From Macrostomum hystrix (lineage: Eukaryota; Animalia; Platyhelminthes): a stretch of DNA of 64,000 bases. The DNA lies in NCBI GenBank assembly GCA_950097015.1, contig CATNEN010000030.1:4588001-4652000 (forward strand), read 5' to 3'. Each line of letters opens with the position of its first letter. The first letter of the stretch is position 1. This document shows, piece after piece, positions 37,401 through 48,700 of this stretch. A model generated the notes under the pieces. That model searched no databases and had not been told where the DNA came from. It was given only the letters and a program-made list of their open reading frames with translations. A program made the position numbers and the translations under genes.

Positions 37401-39784
37401 GCGCGCCTTTGGGTCTCCACTAATAGATTTCTCAGAAATTTCGACAAAAGGCTCTTAACTCAGCAGAATTACACATCGACAAAGAGATGCAGGTTGCTGA
37501 TAGTAAATCAGGGTAACTGGGAGGATTGGGATAGGTGAATGCATTTAACTGATTCAGGAGCCAGGTCGTTTCACTGCTAAGGCCTATCTGATCTCTTGTG
37601 CACTGACTTAGTACTCTCAAGAGAGGCAGTGAATTTCAGTCCTCAGATGTCCCAGTCAGAGTCCTTTGTATTTTTTCTCATTCCCTTCCATTCAGTGTTG
37701 TCATGCTGCAGGGCTGGAGTTGGAGGAGACATTGCCACTCCGTACTATTTCGCTGTCATTGAAGACTGTTTGGTTAGCTGGCTCGACAAAGGCGTTTTGC
37801 TATGAATAAATGAGAGATTTAGAAAGATTGAATCTGACAGTGCAGCCGCTAGTGCGAAGCGTGCATGCATTACCATGCATCACCATCATAATATTAACGT
37901 GCTAGGCTTAGAAGTATTATGGAATATGTTTATTAACGCATTCAACATTAGTGCAGAAATATCACAAGGTTACCTGCCGTTCATTAAGATGGCGATATGG
38001 CTTTCAGTACAGCATTAAAGCAGAAGCAACAGCGGATGGCACAGTGAAAGAGGGAGCTGATTCTTGTCGCTGCCCGACGACCACCACAAGGCCGTTTAAG
38101 CAGCAGGTTCGAAGTGTGACGAGGCCGCTTTCGCACAAATTCCTGCGCTGCATGGACATATCGTTGGAACGGCAGGTGTAATCAAAGCACCTGACGTGGC
38201 AGAGCCCTGAAGCGCGAGTTATCTCAGTTATCCTGATCTTACCCCTCTTACAGCATTTCTCGAGCTCTTGCTAGTGTAGCCTCTACAACCAGGAATTCCG
38301 ACCCGATACTCAATGCACAGCGATGAGTCACTTTTTTGCCCGAAAGAAAATTCAGGAATATATAAAGTTTATCAGGAAATTATTGAAGCTTCATGACGAC
38401 CAGCTTGTTTTTCACAACGAATTATGTCTGGGGAAAAACCAGAAACGATAGATGCGATGCCATGAAGATCAATAGCATCTAAACTGTAATTTAAATCGCA
38501 CAGGAGATGTAGCCATTCGATATCATTGAAACTTAAAACAAATCAGCGAACGAGATTGTTAGATATAGCTCGTATCAGGATATAATTCTCGATCTGAGCT
38601 CAGAACAGGATACGTAAAGTGCCATTGTCTGTGTCGGCTAAGGAGAAATGTGGGAAATCGAATGGAATGAAAATCAGCAGGAGGTAAGGACGTGTTTTAT
38701 ATTAATGATTTTTTCATAAAGTAGCTGGGCTTTGTCATGCAAGACTAAAGATAATGCCCAGGTATTTTATTGGTAATTGTAAATTGGTAACCAATTAAAT
38801 TTACATGTGGATATAATACGCATGGATCTGAATATACAATTGCGGAATTGTTTTTAAAGGATCAGTTAAAGTCTGTTAAAAATACATAAAATTGCTTTGA
38901 TTGAGGGGCATCAAACAATCCGGACTTCGCCAGCTGGACCCGAGCGCATGATGGTCGCATATGTGACGAGCTGCTTCGGTGGCTCCTGACTGTCCGACTG
39001 CACTGGACCGGGCCTGTCGCAAGCTGCAAGTTAAAACGCTTGTCATGCTATTTAAGCGATGCACTGCAATGTTACTAAGCACCATCCAAAAACCATATTT
39101 ACTAAAATCAAAGTCCATGAATCTAAAATTTACCTGTATTGACCTGTCTTTAAGTCTCGAATTCCTAGTTATAATCATATTAAGCTCACAGTGACAAGTT
39201 TTCAATCTCGATTGCTTTATCATATTTTGCATCTTCTTTCTAATGTACTCATCCCCATTGGTGTAACATTTCCCTGCTTGCCCAATTTTCACACATTTTA
39301 ATGTATTTTTTCTAAAGCTGAGATAACTTGTTGTAAGGCAATCAACTTGGTTACACACTGGCAGTTGAGGAACTGAAATATGCGCATTTCACAAGGTTGC
39401 TCTCTCCCTTTCTTCCTCTTCATCTGAGTGAAGATTTTGGTGGCCCATTGAATTCATCGGCTTCAATGGAAGAATACAAGTGCAGGCCGCCTGCCTCAAT
39501 GCTGAGCGCCTCACAAAACAAGCCGGGAGTCTTTATTGTCTACTTTTTGATTTAATTTTTGGCATCTCAGTAAAATCCCAGAAACTTTCACTGCTTTGAT
39601 AAGCCTACAATTTTCATCTAAAGGACAGAGGAAGACGAAACGAAGAGATCAGCACAGAACCATAATACCCTAATGAAATGAAACAGGTCAATTACAGTCT
39701 GCTTCAGCTTCCGTTGCCAGGTGTGGCGTCTGCGCCTTCACGCCATCGCCACCGGCATCGCAGCTGCCAGCTCTGCTACTATCC

Positions 39785-42700
39785 TCATTGCAGCCGTCGG
39801 TAGACAGTAGGCTTGAAAAATCCGGCTTGTGAGGCGAACCCTCTGCCTGCTGCTGGTAGTGGCTGCGGTACTGCTGTGGGAGGAAGGTGTTTAAAAGACT
39901 GCAAAGGGCGCAGAAGTGCGCAGAAATCGAATTGATGGAGGCTTCAGGCAGGCTTCAGGCAGGCTTCAGGCAGGCTTCATCAGCAAATGTTTCACATAAA
40001 ATCCAGAGATTGAAGCTGAATCTGAAAACCGAAAGCCAAACCGAAGCGTATCGCTAAAGAGATATGATTTACTGAATTTTAATAGTGTACTTTAGGCAAA
40101 GTGAAATCTTTGAAATATATATTTGCTACTCGTTCAAGTTTTCTTGTGAAAATTCTTGCTTCAAGTCAACATTATGAATGAGCAAAAACTATTTCAGCAC
40201 CTCTAGCTACTTTTGGACAATCCTCAAAACCAGCCAATTCAAAGTGGGTTTTTTAATTCTAGACAATAAATCTTTATGTTTTTAAGTGTCTTGAAAGATT
40301 TTCGTTTCGAGTGGAATAATTTTTAAAAGTCATTCATATTTTTTCTTCACCAATGTTACCTACATGTCTACTAAACAGTTGTGAATCTCGCAAGTGCTGA
40401 GAGAAAGTGTTCCTTTCTACTGGCAGTAGTATTTCTAGCTCTGAAGATAATTTATAGATTGGCAAATGCAAACGTAAAAATGGTAAAAATGCACTACTGG
40501 GACATTTATATTCAACACAAGTCAACTTTCGGATATTCAAAAGCATCTTAAATTGCCAACAAGCGCAAGCATAAAGAACCCGGCATAAACATTTTCAACC
40601 AGTGTCACACCTGATATTGCCCGCCGTAGAACCTGCTTGTCATGGGCACGGTGGCCTCGTCCTCCATGCTCCCTCCTCGTCTTGCCTTCCCGGAGATTCG
40701 GTCGAAGAGGGACCGTCGGCTTCGGTTGGATCGGCCAGCGATGGCTGCCGCTGCTGGGGTGGGGTTTACCATCGGGAATCATAATGCAACAAAGTACAAT
40801 GCTGGCTGAGCAGCTATTGTGCTCTGTAGCAGCTATAGGACTAACGATTAGCTATTGCGCTAATTAAGTAAGTATATTGACAACTCGATAGAAGTCAATG
40901 CAACGGTCTGTATACTCAGGCATTTAGATAGCTTAAAATGGCTGAAATACTAGTCAAGATGTTTGTCATCAGCCATTTCAATCATGCGCTTTCTGAACAT
41001 CGTGTTTTACGACACAAAAAGTCGAGTCTCCATCGGCAGAAGCTCTGAAGTTCAGAAGTTGTCAGGATAACTTATTGAGTAATTCAAATATAAACCTGGC
41101 TTGCTAAGGCGCAGGCAGTGACACTAACAAGCTGCACTAAAGACTCCTATCTGGGATTTTTTGCAGCTCTCAAAATTTTTTTACGCCCCAGTCACCTTAC
41201 CTTTTTGGGTGATGCCGCTTGTGGGAGTTCGAAAATTCTAATCAGGAAGAAATTTTCTAATTAGCTCCAACGTCGGACAAGCTTTCTAATCCCTCCCTTA
41301 GCCAGGTTGGCCAGCCTTGTTGCTGCTATTCAAAGGGGGTGCATGCTTCTCGCTTAATCCGAATGCTGAGCCCTTTGCTTACCGGCTAATTATCATTGTG
41401 GGAGGTCAGCTTGGAGTTGTATCTCAGTGCCCGACATGTCGAAACAGACATTCAATCAGTTGTTTTGAATTGAGACATCCGATTTTATGTAAGCTTCATC
41501 AGCATAAATGATAGACTTGAACTCTCGTTAGAATAGGACATCTATAATTCTACGTATACTACTACGTTCGTAAACTACGTATAGCGCATTGTAGGCTCTG
41601 TAAATCAAAAGTTTACTCTTTTTCTGTAGCTGTATATGAATTAACAGCTTACGGAAAATTCTTCAACGGGGAAGCGAGAAAATCAAAGCCAAAAGGCGGA
41701 ATAACTTAAAAAATTGGCTTCTCTATCAAATCAGTATTTTTAGAAGTTGTTACTAGCATGTTTTGCCCCCCTTCGGGGAGCAGAAATATTTTTAATTCGT
41801 CTTGTATATACTTTCTAGCTGCTGTATCTCAGCTTTTTAAGCTACAATGATCCCCCAGTTGACAATGATCCCCCAGTTGACAATTTTCCCCCAGTTGACC
41901 ATGATCCCCCAGTTGACAATGATCCCCCAGTTGACAATTTTCCCCCAGTTGACAATTTTCCCCCAGTTGACAATGATACCACAGTTGACAATGATCCCCC
42001 AGTTGACAATGTTCCCCCAGTTGACAATGATCCCCCAGTTCACAATGATCCCCAGTTGGCCATGATCCCCTAGTTGACAATGATCCCACAGTTGACAATG
42101 ATCCCCCAGTTTACAATGATCCCCCAGTTGATGATGATTCCCCAGTTTACAATGATCTCCCAGTTGACAATGATCCCCCAGTTTACAATGATCCCCCAGT
42201 TGACAATGATCCCCCAGTTGACAATGATCCCCCAGTTGACAATGATCCCCCAGTTGACAATGATTACCCAGTTGACAATGATTACCCAGTTGACAATCAT
42301 TCCCCAGTGGACAATGATCCCCCAGTTTACAATGATACCCCAGTTGACAATGATCACCCAGTTGAAGATGATCCCCCAGTTGACAATGATCACCCAGTTC
42401 ACAATGATCCCCAGTTGGCCATGATCCCCTAGTTGACAATGATCCCACAGTTGACAATGATCCCCCAGTTGATGATGATCCCCCAGTTTACAATGATCTC
42501 CCAGTTGACAATGATCCCCCAGTTGAAGATGATCCCCCAGTTGACAATGATCACCCAGTTCACAATGATCCCCAGTTGGCCATGATCCCCTAGTTGACAA
42601 TGATCCTACAGTTGACAATGATCCCCCAGTTGACAATGATCCCCCAGTTGATGATGATCCCCCAGTTTACAATGATCTCCCAGTTGACAATGATCCCCCA

Positions 42701-45700
42701 GTTGAAGATGATCCCCCAGTTGACAATGATCACCCAGTTCACAATGATCCCCAGTTGGCCATGATCCCCTAGTTGACAATGATCCTACAGTTGACAATGA
42801 TCCCCCAGTTGACAATGATCCCCCAGTTGACATGATTACCCAGTTGACAATCATTCCCCAGTGGACAATGATCCCCTAGTTGACAATGATCCCCCAGTTG
42901 AAAATGATACCCCAGTTGACAATGATCCCCCAGTTGACGATGATCCCCCAGTTGACAATGATCCCCCAGTTGACAATGATCCCCCAGTTGACAATGATCC
43001 CCCAGTTGACAATTATCCCCCAGTTTACCATGATCCCCCAGTTGACGATTATCCCCCAGTTCACCATGATCCCCATTTTGATGATGACTCCCCAGTTGAC
43101 GTTGATTTTTCAAACACTGGGTTAGCCAAGATTCAAACTCAGGTTTCGCCATGTTTTAAACCCTGGTGGGCTATGATTCAAACTCTCGTTTTGCCATGAT
43201 TCAGACTCTGGTTGGCTATGATTCAAACTCTGGTTTAGCCAAGATTCAAACTCTGGTTTAGCCATGTTTTAAACCCTGGTGGGCTATGATTCAAACTCTC
43301 GTTTTGCCATGATTCAGACTCTGGTTGGCTATGATTCAAACTCTGGTTTAGCCATGATTTAAACTCTGGTTTAGCCATGATTCAGACTCTGGTTTTGCCA
43401 TGATTCAAGCTCTGGTTTAGCCATGTTTCAAACTCTGGTTTAGCCATGATTCAAACTCTGGTTTAGCCATGATTCAAACTCAGATTTGCTATGATTTATG
43501 ATATTTTATTTACGAAATGAAAAATGTTGACAATGATCCCACAGTATACAATGATCCCCCAGTTGACAAAGATCCCCCAGTTCTCAATGATCCCCCAGTT
43601 GATGATGATCCCCAGTTGATGATGATTCCCCAGTTGACAATTATCCCCCAGTTGACCATTACCCCCCACTTGACAATGATCTCTCAGTTCACAATGATCC
43701 CCCAGTTGACAATGATCCCCCAGTTGACAATGAACCCCCAGTTGACAATGAACCCCCAGTTGACAAAGATCCCCCAGTTGACAATGATCCCCCATTTGAC
43801 AATGATCCCCCAGTTGACAATGATCCCCCAGTTGACAATGATCCCCCGGTTGACATTGATCCCCCAGTCGACAATTATCCCCCAGTTTACCATGATCCCC
43901 CAGTTCACCATGATCCCCATTTTGATGATGACTCCCCAGTTGACGTTGATTTTTCAAACAGGTTAGCCAAGATTCAAACTCAGGTTTCGCCATGTTTTAA
44001 ACCCTGGTGGGCTATGATTCAAACTCTCGTTTTGCCATGATTCAGACTCTGGTTTAGCCATGATTCAGACGCTGGTTTAGCCATGATTCAGACGCTGGTT
44101 TAGCCATGATTGAAACTCTGGTTTAGCCATGATTCAAACTCTGGTTTAGCCATGATTCAGACGCTGGTTTAGCCATGATTCAGACTCTAGTTTAGCCATG
44201 ATTCAGACTCTGGTTTAGCCATGATTCAGACTCTAGTTTAGCCATGATTCAGACTCTGGTTTAGCCATGATTCAGACTCTATTTTAGCCATGATTCAGAC
44301 TATGGTTTAGCCATGATTCAGACGCTGGTTTAGCCATGATTCAGACGCTGGTTTAGCCATGATTCAGACGCTGGTTTAGCCATGATTGAAACTCTGGTTT
44401 AGCCATGATTCAAACTCTGGTTTAGCCATGATTCAGACGCTGGTTTAGCCATGATTCAGACTCTAGTTTAGCCATGATTCAGACTCTGGTTTAGCCATGA
44501 TTCAGACTCTGGTTTAGCCATGATTCAGACTCTATTTTAGCCATGATTCAGACTATGGTTTAGCCATGATTCAGACTCCAGTTTAGCCATGATTCAGACT
44601 CTGGTTTAGCCATGATTCAGACTCTGTTTAAGCCATGATTCAGACTCTGGTTTAGCCATGATTTAAATTCTGGTTAAGCCATGATTCAGACTCTGGTTTA
44701 GCCATGATTCAAACTCTGGTTAAGCCATGATTCAAACTCTGGTTTAGCCATGATTCAAACTCTGGTTTAGCCATGATTCAGACGCTGGTTTAGCCATGAT
44801 TCAGACTCTAGTTTAGCCATGATTCAGACTCTGGTTTAGCCATGATTCAGACTCTAGTTTAGCCATGATTCAGACTCTGGTTTAGCCATGATTCAGACTC
44901 TGGTTTAGCCATGATTCAGACTCTGGTTTAGCCATGATTCAGACTCTGGTTAAGCCATGATTCAGACTCTGGTTTAGCCATGATTTAAATTCTGGTTAAG
45001 CCATGATTCAGACGCTGGTTTAGCCATGATTCAGACTCTAGTTTAGCCATGATTCAGACTCTGGTTTAGCCATGATTCAGACTCTAGTTTAGCCATGATT
45101 CAGACTCTGGTTTAGCCATGATTCAGACTCTGGTTTAGCCATGATTCAGACTCTGGTTTAGCCATGATTCAGACTCTGGTTAAGCCATGATTCAGACTCT
45201 GGTTTAGCCATGATTTAAATTCTGGTTAAGCCATGATTCAGACGCTGGTTTAGCCATGATTGAAACTCTGGTTTAGCCATGATTCAAACTCTGGTTTAGC
45301 CATGATTCAGACGCTGGTTTAGCCATGATTCAGACTCTAGTTTAGCCATGATTCAGACTCTGGTTTAGCCATGATTCAGACTCTGGTTTAGCCATGATTC
45401 AGACTCTATTTTAGCCATGATTCAGACTATGGTTTAGCCATGATTCAGACTCCAGTTTAGCCATGATTCAGACTCTGGTTTAGCCATGATTCAGACTCTG
45501 TTTAAGCCATGATTCAGACTCTGGTTTAGCCATGATTTAAATTCTGGTTAAGCCATGATTCAGACTCTGGTTTAGCCATGATTCAAACTCTGGTTTAGCC
45601 ATGATTCAGACTCTGTTTAAGCCATGATTCAGACTCTGGTTTAGCCATGATTTAAATTCTGGTTAAGCCATGATTCAGACTCTGGTTTAGCCATGATTCA

Positions 45701-48700
45701 AACTCTGGTTAAGCCATGATTCAAACTCTGGTTTAGCCATGATTCAAACTCTGGTTTAGCCATGATTCAGACGCTGGTTTAGCCATGATTCAGACTCTAG
45801 TTTAGCCATGATTCAGACTCTGGTTTAGCCATGATTCAGACTCTAGTTTAGCCATGATTCAGACTCTGGTTTAGCCATGATTCAGACTCTAGTTTAGCCA
45901 TGATTCAGACTCTGGTTTAGCCATGATTCAGACGCTGGTTTAGCCATGATTCAGACTCTAGTTTAGCCATGATTCAGACTCTGGTTTAGCCATGATTCAG
46001 ACTCTAGTTTAGCCATGATTCAGACTCTGGTTTAGCCATGATTCAGACTCTGGTTTAGCCATGATTCAGACTCTATTTTAGCCATGATTCAGACTCTGGT
46101 TTAGCCATGATTCAAACTCTGGTTAAGCCATGATTCAAACTCTGGTTTAGCCATGATTCAGACTCTGGTTAAGCCATGATTCAGACTCTGGTTTAGCCAT
46201 GATTTAAATTCTGGTTAAGCCATGATTCAGACTCTGGTTTAGCCATGATTCAAACTCTGGTTAAGCCATGATTCAAACTCTGGTTTAGCCATGATTCAAA
46301 CTCTGGTTTAGCCATGATTCAGACGCTGGTTTAGCCATGATTCAGACTCTGGTTTATCCATGATTCAGACTCTGGTTTAGCCATGATTCAGACTCTGGTT
46401 TAGCCATGATTCAAACTCTGGTTTAGCCATGATTCAGACGCTGGTTTAGCCATGATTCAGACTCTGGTTTATCCATGATTCAGACTCTGGTTTAGCCATG
46501 ATTCAGACTCTGGTTTAGCCATGATTCAGACTCTATTTTAGCCATGATTCAGACTATGGTTTAGCCATGATTCAGACTCCAGTTTAGCCATGATTCAGAC
46601 TCTGGTTTAGCCATGATTCAGACTCTGTTTAAGCCATGATTCAGACTCTGGTTTAGCCATGATTTAAATTCTGGTTAAGCCATGATTCAGACTCTGGTTT
46701 AGCCATGATTCAAACTCTGGTTTAGCCATGATTCAGACTCTGTTTAAGCCATGATTCAGACTCTGGTTTAGCCATGATTTAAATTCTGGTTAAGCCATGA
46801 TTCAGACTCTGGTTTAGCCATGATTCAAACTCTGGTTAAGCCATGATTCAAACTCTGGTTTAGCCATGATTCAAACTCTGGTTTAGCCATGATTCAGACG
46901 CTGGTTTAGCCATGATTCAGACTCTAGTTTAGCCATGATTCAGACTCTGGTTTAGCCATGATTCAGACTCTAGTTTAGCCATGATTCAGACTCTGGTTTA
47001 GCCATGATTCAGACTCTAGTTTAGCCATGATTCAGACTCTGGTTTAGCCATGATTCAGACTCTAGTTTAGCCATGATTCAGACTCTAGTTTAGCCATGAT
47101 TCAGACTCTGGTTTAGCCATGATTCAGACTCTAGTTTAGCCATGATTCAGACTCTGGTTTAGCCATGATTCAGACTCTGGTTTAGCCATGATTCAGACTC
47201 TATTTTAGCCATGATTCAGACTCTGGTTTAGCCATGATTCAAACTCTGGTTAAGCCATGATTCAAACTCTGGTTTAGCCATGATTCAGACTCTGGTTAAG
47301 CCATGATTCAGACTCTGGTTTAGCCATGATTTAAATTCTGGTTAAGCCATGATTCAGACTCTGGTTTAGCCATGATTCAAACTCTGGTTAAGCCATGATT
47401 CAAACTCTGGTTTAGCCATGATTCAAACTCTGGTTTAGCCATGATTCAGACGCTGGTTTAGCCATGATTCAGACTCTGGTTTATCCATGATTCAGACTCT
47501 GGTTTAGCCATGATTCAGACTCTGGTTTAGCCATGATTCAAACTCTGGTTAAGCCATGATTCAGACTCTGGTTTAGCCATGATTCAGACTCCAGTTTAGC
47601 CATGATTCAGACTCCAGTTTAGCCATGATTCAAACTCTGGTTAAGCCATGATTCAGACTCTGGTTTAGCCATGATTCAGACTCTGGTTTAGCCATGATTC
47701 AGACTCTGGTTTAGCCATGATTCAGACGCTGGTTTAGCCATGATTCAGACTCTGGTTTAGCCATGATTCAGACTCCAGTTTAGCCATGATTCAAGCTCTG
47801 GTTTAGCCATGATTCAGACGCTGGTTTAGCCATGATTCAAGCTCTATTTTTGCCATGATTCAAATTCAGGTTTGCTATGATTTATGATATTTTATTTACG
47901 AAATGAAAAAATAAATTAAAATAATCTTCAATCACTACTGGCTGAAAATTAGTCTAAATGATTTGACGCAGTGCAGAATCGAACCCTAGCCTAGCCTAAC
48001 CTATTCCTAGTGCCTACACATCGGCTATTCCGACTGTTGGTTAGTGGGTGCAAAAATCTGCCTTATAAAATGAATTCTCAAAGTTCTGGCTTTGTACAAT
48101 GAAGTAAGAAAATAGAGTACACTCAGTCTCGCGGTTGGTTGTGTACATTTATTTCCAATTTGTCTCCAGAGTGCAGGCTTCAAATTCAATCAGCTAGGGG
48201 TTGTTGCGCAATTTGACGACGCAATTCTAATTCAGTGGCTGTCAGTGAAATTCTCAATAGGCCAAGATGGTTTGACCTTTGAAAAAATCATGTTTTTCGA
48301 ATATTTAATCCCTTTTGCAATAAAGTTAAGCTTAATAAAAATACGTGTATAATTGTCCCCATATTTGGCATCTTTTGGTGAAGAAATGGTGAAAATCGGT
48401 TGAGCCGTTCGGGAGAAAATCAATTACAACCAACCAACCAACCAACCAACCAACCAACCATTTCATTTTTAGTATAGTGGACTAGCAAGTTTTGCCCCCC
48501 TTCGGGGAGCAGAAATATTTTTATTTCGTCTACTATATACTTTTTAGCAGCTGAATTTACAGCTTTTTAAAGCTACAATGATCCCCCAGTTGACAATGAT
48601 CCCCCAGTTGACAATGATTCCACAGTTGACAATGATCCCCCAGTTGACAATGAACCTCCAATTGACAACGATCCCCCAGTTGACAATGATCCCCCAGTTG

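Larger units (their letters stand above)
41753..48481 (-). mobile_element. Non-autonomous Helitron copy 1 (5'-TC...hairpin-CTAG-3') filled with satellite arrays
   Basis: The minus-strand 5' end TCCACTATACTAAAAATG at 48481 is followed by a (TTGG)n microsatellite. The 3' end has the hairpin GCTCCCC-GAA-GGGGGGC (41781-41765), an 8-nt spacer and CTAG (41756-41753), then T. No Rep/helicase ORF was found. Confidence 0.75.

Noticed and set aside
38876-39358. 160-aa minus-strand ORF downstream of the inferred protocadherin end
   Set aside because: No recognisable domain or convincing splice sites. It could be a missed exon or TE fragment, but cannot be supported.
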